Origin: a virus | Length of the DNA stretch: 64,000 bases | IMG/VR virus record: IMGVR_UViG_3300020045_006384 | Span: 1-64,000 of that record | Direction: 5' to 3' (one strand) | In this document: piece after piece, positions 1-10,019 of the stretch | How positions within the stretch are numbered: the first letter of the stretch is position 1 | Layout: each line of letters begins with the position of its first letter | The notes under the pieces: generated by a model | Database searches by the model: none | Seen by the model: only the letters and a program-made list of their open reading frames with translations | What the model was told of the DNA's origin: nothing | Translations under genes and position numbers: made by a program

Positions 1-265
1 TGTTTTCAATCTCTTTATTTTTTTCAGCTTCTCTAATTGCTTTTAAACAATCTTTACTATCTGAAAGATTTAATGCTTTTTGGATTGATAATTCTCTTTT
101 TATTTCATTTTCTCTTTCTTCTGCTTTATTAGCTCTTGAATAAAAAAAGAAATTACCTGCAGCCATTATTACCATTAATATTAAAGATAGAACCCAAGAT
201 CTATTTTTAGGTTCTGTATCAATAACTTTAATTGCGATATCTTTAGCATCTCCGCTATCTATCAT
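1..265 (-). CDS. Partial membrane-anchored protein (runs off the window edge; possibly lysis-related)
   Basis: Not in the ORF track. ATG at 265, frame open to position 1: MIDSGDAK...SWVLSLILMVIMAAGNFFF (one TM segment) then a charged coiled-coil. Confidence 0.6.
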   Translation of the reverse strand, partial: MIDSGDAKDIAIKVIDTEPKNRSWVLSLILMVIMAAGNFFFYSRANKAEERENEIKRELSIQKALNLSDSKDCLKAIREAEKNKEIEN

Positions 266-295
266 ATTTATTGTTTTAGTTAGTTTATTAATTAT

Positions 296-706
296 TTATA
301 ATATTGTTCCTTGAGCTAATACATTTATTGTACAAGGTTCACCAATAGATACTAAATTATTATTATCTATTATTTCAACCCATAAAGTCCAAGCACCTCC
401 TCGTGATTTATATAAAACACATCCTCTAGCTGTAATTGTAGCTGTAGTAAGGTTTATAGGGTCAACAGTAAAAACTCCTCTATCTGTAGTGTTATTAACT
501 GTAACAGTTTTATTTGTTAATGTAACTCCACCTGCAGTATAACCAGTTCCAATTACTTCATTTGTAATATCACTTCTTTTTGTATGTGTATCAATATTTG
601 GAACATATGTTGATGTTACTAACATTAATTTTATAGTATCAGTATCTAAATCAATACTACCATTCATTATATCTCTTTTAAAAGAGTTGTAAATTGCATT
701 TGCCAT
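296..706 (-). CDS. Phage virion/tail-associated protein
   Basis: Thr/Gly-rich beta-type sequence (GTGYTAGGVTL) typical of small tail proteins; adjacent to the tail spike. Confidence 0.5.
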   Translation of the reverse strand: MANAIYNSFKRDIMNGSIDLDTDTIKLMLVTSTYVPNIDTHTKRSDITNEVIGTGYTAGGVTLTNKTVTVNNTTDRGVFTVDPINLTTATITARGCVLYKSRGGAWTLWVEIIDNNNLVSIGEPCTINVLAQGTIL

Positions 707-715
707 TTTTTATAT

Positions 716-3253
716 TTAAATTTTTACTCTAATACTAACAGTATTACCTTTTAAAATATCATCTGCTAATACTCCTGATGTGTTATATGTTTTAATTCTA
801 ATAATATTATCACTTTGTCGAAGTATGCTTATAAAACCTAATGAAGGGCTTATATTTAAAGCAACAGTTCCATCTACAAATGCACCTGTTAAAGTTCCAT
901 CATATTCACCAACTGAATTTCTTACCCAAGTTATAGCACCAGATAATTTATTATTTATAATTGTTGGTGTTGGATTTGATGTTGTATTTTGTTCTAAAGT
1001 AGCAACATATTCATTAAATATACCATAAAATACTTTCCAATTTGTCCCGTCAGAACCAATAAAATCATTAATAGTAGTATCATACATTATTGCTCCAGCA
1101 CCCATTGTTGAAGCACTAGGTCTGTTCGCTGTTGTGGTTCTACCAACTCTTAGAGAATCTCCATCATCAACACCTAAAGTGTTTGGAGCTTTTCTATCTA
1201 AATAAACATCAATATTAAAATTACCGTTGTCTGGATTGAAACTTCTTGTAGGATCTCCCCATCCTTGCCTTCCATTAGCATATTTTATGTACATACTACC
1301 ATAACGAGCATCATCTGGATTACTACCTACTTTTTTAGTGTACTCTAAAATCTTATTAGAATCAACTTCATCTTTTACGATAACTCCAGTTCTAGTAAAA
1401 GAAAGTGTATTTGTAAGACTATCAATTCCGCCTATATAATCTAAATTAATACCGCTTTGTGGTCTAGGAATGAAGTTTATTTCTTTTGCAACAATAATAT
1501 CTCCAGTAGAACCGTAACCTATTTCTAAAAATTTGTTTGCATTATAAACTCCAGAATTAATGAAAATTTTTCCATCATCACCTGTAGTTGCAGAAATAGC
1601 TGAAGCTTGTGCAATAATATGAACATCACTAACAGTTATTACTCCAGAATTACTAAACATTTGAGCGCCAACAGTAGCACCAGTTTCATAAACACCTCCA
1701 TTAATATTTATATTACTAATATCTCCAAAACCAACTTGACCTTGTATATTTAAAGCAACACCATTTATTACTTTTACAATGTTGTTTGAAACATTTACAT
1801 TATATGCATTATTAACAACATTAATTGCATTATCTGTTGTTTCATGAACTTTATTTATAATTATATTATTACTAACATCATATCCAAAAGAAATTGAAGT
1901 TGGTGCACCATTATAATATCCACCAACAGCAACTGAATTTACTTCATAACATCTGTTGTTTTTGAATTCAATAAATGCATGTTGACCAAAACCTAATTCA
2001 GTCATTTCAGGAGTAAATGAAACTTCACCCGCTGACTCCATCATTTCACACCATTCCCAAGTATTGTTATTACATTTAATTTTATTACCATTTGCATTAA
2101 ATCCGTTGCAATAAATAATTTCATTAAATTGAAAATCACAATCTGATATAGCACAAGTTGCATATAAAAACCCTCTAGTTCCACCAAGTCTGCAATTTCT
2201 TATTGTTGATTTATTTGTAAGATAGCCACCTACTGCATCAGTTCCAATAAAAATTCCACCATCTTTAAATTCTGGTGGTTTAAAGTTTTCAAAACCAAAT
2301 TCTGTTCCTGTAACATCACCCATTATTTCAATGTCAGTACAAGTAAAGTTTTTTTGATGTGAGAAAAATATATAGTAAAAATTTCTATCCAAATCTGAAA
2401 CACCTTGAAAAGGACATTCAAAAAGTAGTTTTGATTGATTTTTACCATCTCCTTTAATAGTAACATTATCTCCTAATACATACATTGCATTAGTAACTCT
2501 GTCACCAGGTTGTGTTGCATTAAGTTCTCTACTGAATTTATAATTTCCTTTAGGAAAATATAATATTCCGCCATTTTGAGAATTTATGTATCTGATAGCA
2601 TTTCTAACTGGTGTATTAGAATAATTAACTCCTTTTTGGTCAGCGCCAAACCATTTTACATTAATTTCACTTTTTATTTGTCGTTTAAACTTTTCAGCAC
2701 CTAAATCAAAATAAATAACTCCATCTGCAGTATTAATATCTGTAGTTTTTTCTAAAGTAATTTCTTCATTTGTATATTGATCTATTATTCCATAAAGAGT
2801 ATCTCCTTTTCTTTGTGCTAAACTTAAACTCTCATTAGATTTAATATAATTATTTCTATTAGTATCATTTACTAACAAAAATAAATCTTCAGCAACAATA
2901 TTGTTAAGACTACCTTTACCTTTATTATTTAAAATATATATTTGATTACTTATTGTATTTTGTACTTTAAATATATATAATTGTATTTCATTAATTTCAA
3001 TATTTTGTAATGCTATATAATCTGCTAATAAAGTAGGCATATCATCTTCAAAAGAACTTGCTCCTATTTGAGTTAATGTATAATTTATAATTATAAATTT
3101 ATTATCTTGTTCTAAACTTCCTGAAGCATCACAATCAAGTAAAGCTTGAATTAATTCTACTAAAGTAGTTAAATCTGAGTTTGTATATTTATTACAATCA
3201 GCAAATGCAATTAATGATGCATTTATATTTTGTTGTATTTCGTTGCAATTCAT
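716..3253 (-). CDS. Tail spike/fibre with pectate-lyase-like beta-helix (putative depolymerase)
   Basis: INVKWFGAD...AIRYINSQNGGILYFPKGNY is the Pectate_lyase_3-type start; Asn/Gly/Ile parallel beta-helix repeats follow. Confidence 0.75.
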   Translation of the reverse strand: MNCNEIQQNINASLIAFADCNKYTNSDLTTLVELIQALLDCDASGSLEQDNKFIIINYTLTQIGASSFEDDMPTLLADYIALQNIEINEIQLYIFKVQNTISNQIYILNNKGKGSLNNIVAEDLFLLVNDTNRNNYIKSNESLSLAQRKGDTLYGIIDQYTNEEITLEKTTDINTADGVIYFDLGAEKFKRQIKSEINVKWFGADQKGVNYSNTPVRNAIRYINSQNGGILYFPKGNYKFSRELNATQPGDRVTNAMYVLGDNVTIKGDGKNQSKLLFECPFQGVSDLDRNFYYIFFSHQKNFTCTDIEIMGDVTGTEFGFENFKPPEFKDGGIFIGTDAVGGYLTNKSTIRNCRLGGTRGFLYATCAISDCDFQFNEIIYCNGFNANGNKIKCNNNTWEWCEMMESAGEVSFTPEMTELGFGQHAFIEFKNNRCYEVNSVAVGGYYNGAPTSISFGYDVSNNIIINKVHETTDNAINVVNNAYNVNVSNNIVKVINGVALNIQGQVGFGDISNININGGVYETGATVGAQMFSNSGVITVSDVHIIAQASAISATTGDDGKIFINSGVYNANKFLEIGYGSTGDIIVAKEINFIPRPQSGINLDYIGGIDSLTNTLSFTRTGVIVKDEVDSNKILEYTKKVGSNPDDARYGSMYIKYANGRQGWGDPTRSFNPDNGNFNIDVYLDRKAPNTLGVDDGDSLRVGRTTTANRPSASTMGAGAIMYDTTINDFIGSDGTNWKVFYGIFNEYVATLEQNTTSNPTPTIINNKLSGAITWVRNSVGEYDGTLTGAFVDGTVALNISPSLGFISILRQSDNIIRIKTYNTSGVLADDILKGNTVSIRVKI

Positions 3254-3256
3254 TTA

Positions 3257-3916
3257 TTAATTTATTTTTTTAATTTTAATATATTCTAAAGCATTTAAAT
3301 TGATTTTACCAATGTAAAGTATAGAGTTTGTTTCTTCTATATAATGATAATAAAATAAAGAGGTTATATCTTCTTCAAGTTCATTATAAAGTTTGTATTC
3401 ACTACCAGTTTGTATTTCATAAATATTAAGACACATCACTCTGGCATCACCTATTTCAAGAGGCCAGTTATAACCTGTATTAAAAAAATTATATGTTTGA
3501 AAAGTTTTAGCAAATAAAAATGTAGTATTTTTAGCTTGCTCAACAATTTGTAAATTATAATCTAAATCAATAAATGTTCTATCTTCCCAATAAAAGATTT
3601 TATCTATAATAGGATTAGTATTACAATCATTTGTTTCAGCTTGTGTAAATGTTGGTTTAGTTTGAATATGTCTTGGATATTTTAAAACAGGACATATATA
3701 TTTAGAATGAAATTGTATATTTTCATATAAATTTGATAAGGTATTAATTTCATCTACAGATAAATCTAAATAACATGTATTTAATAATTTATAAATTATA
3801 TTTAAATAATTAATATCTTCAACATTTAATTTACCATATATTTTAGATTGATTATAAATATTGTTAAGTGATTTAATAATAACAGAAATATGTGTTTTAT
3901 CATTTATATATAACAT
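3257..3916 (-). CDS. Hypothetical virion-module protein
   Basis: 219-aa ORF co-oriented and abutting the structural genes. Confidence 0.55.
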   Translation of the reverse strand: MLYINDKTHISVIIKSLNNIYNQSKIYGKLNVEDINYLNIIYKLLNTCYLDLSVDEINTLSNLYENIQFHSKYICPVLKYPRHIQTKPTFTQAETNDCNTNPIIDKIFYWEDRTFIDLDYNLQIVEQAKNTTFLFAKTFQTYNFFNTGYNWPLEIGDARVMCLNIYEIQTGSEYKLYNELEEDITSLFYYHYIEETNSILYIGKINLNALEYIKIKKIN

Positions 3917-3917
3917 A

Positions 3918-4496
3918 TTAATATTGTTTAAATTTATTACAAGAATTACATTCTAAAGTTTCACAATTTTTACATTGTTTAATTGAACATAATTTTTTTA
4001 ATTGATGAATCATTTGAATTGCTTGTGCATAATAACCAACTTCAATAGCATGCTCAATCATATCTAATAAAAGATTAATTGTAATCATAATATTTTTATT
4101 AGGATTGTCATTACAATCTTTACATATCCCTATTCCAGATTCTAAAAAATAAGCTAACAAACATTGAATATAATTACTTAAATTATAAGTAATTCCTAAT
4201 GCTGGATCTTGACAAGTGCTACAATTACCTTCTTCATCTATATAAGTACTTTCTATTTCAATAAATAATATATCTTCAAATTTAGAAACATCTACTTCTG
4301 ATGCGGATACAATAAAAACTTCTCTATTATTTATTTGTTCTAATTTATAATCTAAATTAATTTTTAAAGAATAGTCTTTAAAATCATCCATTTTCCATAA
4401 ATTAATATGAGATATTTCAAATCCTACATTTGTTTCAACATCAATTGCTAAATTTTGTCCATTATTAATTATAGAAAAATTATTTATTACGATCAT
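3918..4496 (-). CDS. Cys-rich structural protein (crAss-like virion module)
   Basis: 192 aa with several CxxC motifs; located in the structural operon. Confidence 0.55.
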   Translation of the reverse strand: MIVINNFSIINNGQNLAIDVETNVGFEISHINLWKMDDFKDYSLKINLDYKLEQINNREVFIVSASEVDVSKFEDILFIEIESTYIDEEGNCSTCQDPALGITYNLSNYIQCLLAYFLESGIGICKDCNDNPNKNIMITINLLLDMIEHAIEVGYYAQAIQMIHQLKKLCSIKQCKNCETLECNSCNKFKQY

Positions 4497-4510
4497 TTAT
4501 TTTTTAGTAT

Positions 4511-4550
4511 AAAAAAAGAGGACAAAAGGAAAAATCCTCGTCCTCTTTTG
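4511..4550 (-). terminator. Intrinsic terminator
   Basis: AAAAGAGGAC/GTCCTCTTTT stem followed on the minus strand by a T7 tract, downstream of 4569-5591. Confidence 0.6.
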
Positions 4551-4568
4551 GGTTAATTTATTATTTTA

Positions 4569-5591
4569 TTATACTACAGCTAAGTTAGCTGGAACTACTG
4601 CATTTGTACCAACAGCTGTTCTAATACTTGTTAGAATAGTGTTTGTAGCAGCATTGTTTGCTAATGTATCTGTAACTTTATTAACTGCAATAGTTAATAC
4701 TTTATATTGTCTTTCAACAGATGTTTCTTTACGTGGAGTGTAATAAACTATATTAATAATATTATAAACTCCTGCTCTATCTGTGTAATATGGAGTATTA
4801 AAATCTGCAGGATAACCTGTAGTTCTATAAACTTCATATTTATTACCTTTAACAAACCATTCATAATTAGCTACTTGTTTAGCAGTACCTGAACCTACAA
4901 AAGGTGCAATAGTTACTGTTGAAGTAAGTAATCCTAAATTTTGTTGTGGTTGTGTTAAATCTTGATAAGTTTGATATGTTTTTGGAGTAACATCAAACTC
5001 AATCATTCTACCATCAATTTTACCAGGATTAAAATTTTGAACTTTTCCAGCAATTGTAAAACCAACTGGTCCTGCAGTAGCAGTAGTTACAAATTCAAAA
5101 TCTCCTCTACGAATAAGATTTTTACGTAATGAGTTTAAAACTCCATCTCTAATTATTACATCTGTTACACCTACAACACTTGAACCTGTTGTGTAATAAC
5201 CTGTAATTGTTGCAAAATTTTCTGGTGATAATGATCCACTTTCATTATATATTCTAATACTTACTGCATAAGTAGTATTAGCAACTACATTTCCTGTAAA
5301 TCCAACAACAGCAACTGTTTTTTGAACTTCTGGAGCATATGCTTTTAATGTTACTTTATCAACATATTTTGGATCTATAACATCTGAAAATTCATAGTTT
5401 AATCCTTTAGTAGCATCACCTGCTGTTTTTTGAACTAATTTAAATGGAACATTTGCAGCAGCGGCAGTACCATCTGCACTTAATACTTTTAGTGCTTTGT
5501 CAGCAGCTGTAGCAATAAATGTTTGAATAGTTGTTTCACTAGCAGCAGTGTTACCTATAATTAATTCACCTACCTGATTTGGTCCGTACAT
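4569..5591 (-). CDS. Auxiliary capsid/head structural protein (crAss-like)
   Basis: 340 aa, Ala/Thr/Val-rich; third gene downstream of the MCP, as in crAss-like gene order. Confidence 0.6.
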   Translation of the reverse strand: MYGPNQVGELIIGNTAASETTIQTFIATAADKALKVLSADGTAAAANVPFKLVQKTAGDATKGLNYEFSDVIDPKYVDKVTLKAYAPEVQKTVAVVGFTGNVVANTTYAVSIRIYNESGSLSPENFATITGYYTTGSSVVGVTDVIIRDGVLNSLRKNLIRRGDFEFVTTATAGPVGFTIAGKVQNFNPGKIDGRMIEFDVTPKTYQTYQDLTQPQQNLGLLTSTVTIAPFVGSGTAKQVANYEWFVKGNKYEVYRTTGYPADFNTPYYTDRAGVYNIINIVYYTPRKETSVERQYKVLTIAVNKVTDTLANNAATNTILTSIRTAVGTNAVVPANLAVV

Positions 5592-5617
5592 AATTTATTT
5601 TAATTTTAATTTTTAAT

Positions 5618-6355
5618 TTATTCATTTCTATTATCTAACAGAATTTTTGATTCTAAGTTAGATGGTTTATAATCTCTTAGTGCTAATTCAACAGCTCTAT
5701 CTAATATTTCACGATGTATTTCTTGATCTAATTCACATTGAGTTAATACAGAAATACCATCTATTGTTAAACCTTCCCCAGGGAAAGTAGTTGCTAAATT
5801 TGATACAATGATTGGTTTAGGATATTTTATATATCTTATTTTATACTCTTCAATTTCATAAGGAGTAATTAATTCAACCACTTTATCAACACCTATTTTA
5901 GAAATATCTAATCTCCATACTTTAGAATCATTTGGTCTTTTGAATGGATTATCATACTGAATATTAAATTCATCGTATGTTTTAGGTATTACATTTAATT
6001 TGCTAGAATTAGTACAACTTCCAACTTTACTTGTTACAGCTTCATATATAATTAAAAATACTTCGTCTGGAATTTTATAAAATTTAGAATCATTTGTTAA
6101 TCCTAATGCTGTAGTTATTACAGTGTCGGTTTCAAAATCTTTAATTAATTCTTTTAAATCAATCCGTCTTTTTTCAGAATTTTCAAAACCTTTCTGTTTT
6201 CTATTACTAGCAGGATCATAATAATTTTTAACTATTTCTAATTGTGCTTTAGTAAGATAGACAGATAATTCATAATCATCTATATTAGGAGCACTCTGTG
6301 TTGCTATTGAATCATAGAGGATCTGAAATTCATTTCTAAATTCTTGTACGGTCAT
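5618..6355 (-). CDS. Tail ring/tubular (head-tail connector) protein, crAss-like
   Basis: MTVQEF..EF.ILYD...YE.SVYLTKAQ..IVK N-terminus and CELD..IH.EIL..AV C-terminus resemble crAss ring proteins; synteny. Confidence 0.6.
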   Translation of the reverse strand: MTVQEFRNEFQILYDSIATQSAPNIDDYELSVYLTKAQLEIVKNYYDPASNRKQKGFENSEKRRIDLKELIKDFETDTVITTALGLTNDSKFYKIPDEVFLIIYEAVTSKVGSCTNSSKLNVIPKTYDEFNIQYDNPFKRPNDSKVWRLDISKIGVDKVVELITPYEIEEYKIRYIKYPKPIIVSNLATTFPGEGLTIDGISVLTQCELDQEIHREILDRAVELALRDYKPSNLESKILLDNRNE

Positions 6356-6360
6356 TTATA

Positions 6361-7218
6361 TTATTTTAGTTTTAAAAGTTTAGCTTCAATAACATCCCTT
6401 ACATCTTGATGTTTAGGATTATCTAAGTAAGCAATTGCATTTTCAAAAGTTGGAATTTGACTGTTTTCACATAAATCTAAACCATCAACAGTAGAATATT
6501 TATTACCTTTTTTAATAACAATACCTTTATCTTCTGCATTCTTAACTAATAACTTAGTTTCAATTTGTTTATCTTTAATTAATTCAACAAATGCTTTTGG
6601 TTTACTATCAATGAATTCTTCAACTTTACCTTGTATCCAATTTAATGGAGTATCAGGTGAGATTGCTTGGTTACTTAAAAGTTTTAATATACCTAACAAT
6701 TTATCTCTATCATCTTCAATTTTACCATACAATTTAAAAGCTTCTTTCTTATCATCAAATTTAACTTTCTTATCATTAAATTCTTCATCACCTTTTACAA
6801 TAACAAAATCATAACTTTGTTTTTGACTTCTTTCATTCCAATTTAAACAAATATCATCTTTTAAACATGATAATATTTTATATGAAATGTAATCTAAAGG
6901 ATTACTAAGATCCAATTTATTATCATCTTTAAATAAAGAAACTTGATGTTCTTTCCAAAAATCTTCATAAATTGAAAGTTTTAAACCTGTTGCATTTTCA
7001 AGATAATCTTTTTCATCTTTAGTTAATACATTTGCTAAACCACCATTTCTTAAACGAGGAGTTGAATATTTCTTAACAGAACCACTTAACATACCTCCTG
7101 AAATAACGTGATCATCACCAATGTGATTACCTGAAGCCATTCCTTTTTTTCTTTTAATATATTTTACAATTACTGTTTCATTTGGTAATGTAAATTTATT
7201 TTCTAATACTTCTCCCAT
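6361..7218 (-). CDS. Conserved crAss-like protein downstream of the MCP
   Basis: 285 aa immediately after the capsid gene; LDLSNPLDYI motif. Confidence 0.55.
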   Translation of the reverse strand: MGEVLENKFTLPNETVIVKYIKRKKGMASGNHIGDDHVISGGMLSGSVKKYSTPRLRNGGLANVLTKDEKDYLENATGLKLSIYEDFWKEHQVSLFKDDNKLDLSNPLDYISYKILSCLKDDICLNWNERSQKQSYDFVIVKGDEEFNDKKVKFDDKKEAFKLYGKIEDDRDKLLGILKLLSNQAISPDTPLNWIQGKVEEFIDSKPKAFVELIKDKQIETKLLVKNAEDKGIVIKKGNKYSTVDGLDLCENSQIPTFENAIAYLDNPKHQDVRDVIEAKLLKLK

Positions 7219-7250
7219 TGTATTTTATTCTTCTTATTAGTTTATAAAAA

Positions 7251-7276
7251 TAAAGGTTGTTGTGGCACAACCTTTA
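7251..7276 (-). terminator. Hairpin/terminator after the MCP gene
   Basis: AAAGGTTGT/ACAACCTTT inverted repeat with a T-rich tail on the minus strand. Confidence 0.45.
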
Positions 7277-7291
7277 AAAGCCTTAATATAA

Positions 7292-8797
7292 TTAATCTAA
7301 CAATGCTGGTTTGAAAGTTAGTGTTCTAGAAGGATCTTTAACCATCGCTCCTGTACCACACATAGCTGTCATAGTAGCACTATCTTCCATTAATTGCATG
7401 ATTCCACCTCTACGTCCAGAGAATGGATCTCTAATACCTGCCATGTAACCTCTTAATTCATCATCGCCTTTAACTTTGATTTTTTGGATGTTAGGCTCTT
7501 CCATTGAACCAATGTAAAGAATATCATATCTGTAAGATTCAGCAACTCCACCATCTGGATGTAAAATTTTGTTACGAACTTTATCATCATAAGCTGGATC
7601 TACCTCTAACATAATATGAATGTTATTAGGTGCTAACCATTCAGTGAATTGGAATCCACCTTTAAATGCATTTTCATGGAATTTAGATTGTACTTTGTTG
7701 ATTGCATTTTGATTGGTATTATCAAATAATGATTTCCAACCAGAAGCAGCAGCAGTAGCAGCTCTATTAAATTGAGCAGCTCCTCTTTCACCTGTACGTA
7801 ACATAAATTTACGTTCAGAGAAATCTAATTTACCTTCTGATAATTCTGAAAGAGCATCTTCTAGTAAACGCATTGAGAAGAAGTTATACGTAATTGTATT
7901 TGAAACTTCCATTTGCTCTCTAATACCAGAACCTGCTTTAATTTTGATACCTGATGCACCAACGTTTAAGTATCCACCATTTTCATCACGGTTTGTTTTA
8001 CCAAACATGATTGTACGAGATTTAATTCGTGAGAATGATTTCTCAAACTGCCAGTAAACTTCTTGCATCCAAGTTGTAGACTTATGTACTTTACCTGTGT
8101 TAGGATCTCTTGTTTCAATACCAGCAAAATAAACTGGTTCTACTTTACAATCAATCATTGCACCAGAAACTTTATGTTCCATACGTAATGTAGAAACTGA
8201 GTTTCTCATTAAGTAAGGTGAAGTAAATTGAATTCCAGCACCTTGAATAGAAAGTTCATCTTCAGCGTATGCAGATTCAATACTGAATCTATTTCCACCT
8301 ACAAGTTCATCTCCAGGAATACCAGCAAGTGATTCTTGACCACCCCATACTTCACAGTTGTAAACATACAATGATCCTTCTTCAAAAGCATCTTCTAAAA
8401 TTCTGATTTGATATACATCTGGTCTAGGACCTGCAATAACATGCATTTTAGTAAACCATTTTTCTCCAAATACTAATTGGAATTGTGTTCTAGCTTGACC
8501 AACACCAGTTGTACCTGAAGTAACTACTGCGCCTTGAAATCTTGCTTCAACAAGTGGTATATTTCTTTCATCACTACCTACTACTTTCCATACAAAATCA
8601 TCTGCAGTGTTTAAAACTTTTTCTGGGAACATAGATAATGTTGTATCTAAATTTTTCATTCCAGAGCTTTGTAACAACACAGTTGTTAATGGTGAAACTA
8701 ATTGTGGTTGTAATCCAAAAATTGCACCAATGTGATTTTTTAGTGTTAAACCTGACCATGCTTTACCTTTGGTCATTACATACTTTCCTAAACTCAT
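7292..8797 (-). CDS. Major capsid protein (crAss-like)
   Basis: 501 aa; crAss-type features (WSGLT..NH.GA, GSGIREQ, TGERG..QF); order terminase-portal-scaffold-MCP. Confidence 0.85.
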   Translation of the reverse strand: MSLGKYVMTKGKAWSGLTLKNHIGAIFGLQPQLVSPLTTVLLQSSGMKNLDTTLSMFPEKVLNTADDFVWKVVGSDERNIPLVEARFQGAVVTSGTTGVGQARTQFQLVFGEKWFTKMHVIAGPRPDVYQIRILEDAFEEGSLYVYNCEVWGGQESLAGIPGDELVGGNRFSIESAYAEDELSIQGAGIQFTSPYLMRNSVSTLRMEHKVSGAMIDCKVEPVYFAGIETRDPNTGKVHKSTTWMQEVYWQFEKSFSRIKSRTIMFGKTNRDENGGYLNVGASGIKIKAGSGIREQMEVSNTITYNFFSMRLLEDALSELSEGKLDFSERKFMLRTGERGAAQFNRAATAAASGWKSLFDNTNQNAINKVQSKFHENAFKGGFQFTEWLAPNNIHIMLEVDPAYDDKVRNKILHPDGGVAESYRYDILYIGSMEEPNIQKIKVKGDDELRGYMAGIRDPFSGRRGGIMQLMEDSATMTAMCGTGAMVKDPSRTLTFKPALLD

Positions 8798-8838
8798 TTA
8801 ATTTAATTTTTAATTGTTTTTATTTGTCATTCATTTAT

Positions 8839-9915
8839 TTAAACCAATTCACTTCCAAATCCACCTGAGTAACTATTAGGATCTGTTAGATAATTTGGTT
8901 GTCCATTATCTTCAAACTTAGTTTTTCTTAATGCTTTTTCTAAATCTTTAGTGGCACTTGATTTAACTGTTGTTTTTATTTTACTTAAATCTGTAAAACC
9001 ATTTGTTAATTCATATAAATAATACATTTTTGTATCAAATTGAATTGGGTCTTTAGATCTTTCGTTCATGAATTTGTTTTCTAATTCACCCGTTTGAGGA
9101 TTCTTACCAACAACTTCAGTCATAGTTTTAAATACTTTATCACTAATTGCTTTAGTGTTAGGTATTCCTTTAATCACTTCTTTAGATTCAAAAATAAATT
9201 GTTTAATTGAATTATCAATTTTTTCTTGTTCTTTAGCTTGATTAATTTTTTCTTGTTCTACTCTTTGTAGTTCATTAGCTATTTGTTTATTTTCAAATAC
9301 CTTTAAACTCTCTTTAGATTCTAAAGCATCTTCTAATAAAATGTCTTCACCTAAATCAATAGTTTTTCTTAACATTTTTTTAGCTCTATCTTCAGATAGT
9401 CCTTGATTTACATAATCTCTAAAAATAATATCTTTTGCAACTTCAAGATTATTCTTTAAATAATCTTCATCCATTTTATCTAAATCTAAAATTTGTTTTT
9501 TAGAAGTAGCAATTGTTTCTAAATCTAGATTATTTAAATGCTCTTCAATTTTTAGTTTAGCTTGAGTGTCAATTTCAACTTTTAAAGCATTTGTAAAATC
9601 ATCTACTGTTTTAATATTTTCAGAAGACTCTAATGAAGGTAATAGACCTTGTTCAAAAAGAACGTTAGAGATGGAAGAATATAAGTTGGGAGAAGATTCA
9701 TCATCTGAATCATCACCTTCATTATTATCGTCTTCTTCACCATCTACGTCCTCTGGATCTTCACCCTCGATGATTTTATTTTTTTCTGGATCTTCATCCA
9801 CATTATCATTGTTGTCTTCATCATTTTGATCTTCATCAGATTCAAAATATGAACTATCAAAATTTAAATCCATTGCTGAACTAAAGATTGATGTTAAATC
9901 TTCATTTTCTTCCAT
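8839..9915 (-). CDS. Acidic putative scaffolding protein
   Basis: D/E-rich N-terminus plus coiled coil, between portal and MCP. Start moved to ATG 9915 (MEENED) because the track's start at 9945 lies inside the promoter -7 element. Confidence 0.65.
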   Translation of the reverse strand: MEENEDLTSIFSSAMDLNFDSSYFESDEDQNDEDNNDNVDEDPEKNKIIEGEDPEDVDGEEDDNNEGDDSDDESSPNLYSSISNVLFEQGLLPSLESSENIKTVDDFTNALKVEIDTQAKLKIEEHLNNLDLETIATSKKQILDLDKMDEDYLKNNLEVAKDIIFRDYVNQGLSEDRAKKMLRKTIDLGEDILLEDALESKESLKVFENKQIANELQRVEQEKINQAKEQEKIDNSIKQFIFESKEVIKGIPNTKAISDKVFKTMTEVVGKNPQTGELENKFMNERSKDPIQFDTKMYYLYELTNGFTDLSKIKTTVKSSATKDLEKALRKTKFEDNGQPNYLTDPNSYSGGFGSELV

Positions 9916-9942
9916 AATTTCTCCCGTGTTATATAAAGTTTG

Positions 9943-10019
9943 CAAATATAAACTATTTTATAAATAATTCCAAATAAATATTAAAAAATATTCAATTTTT
10001 TTTTATTTGCTAATAGCTA
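9943..10019 (-). promoter_or_regulatory. Bacteroidota-type promoter with upstream 16-bp box
   Basis: Minus strand TTTGGAA (9974-9968) and TATATTTG (9950-9943); box TAGCTATTAGCAAATA at 10019-10004. Confidence 0.7.
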
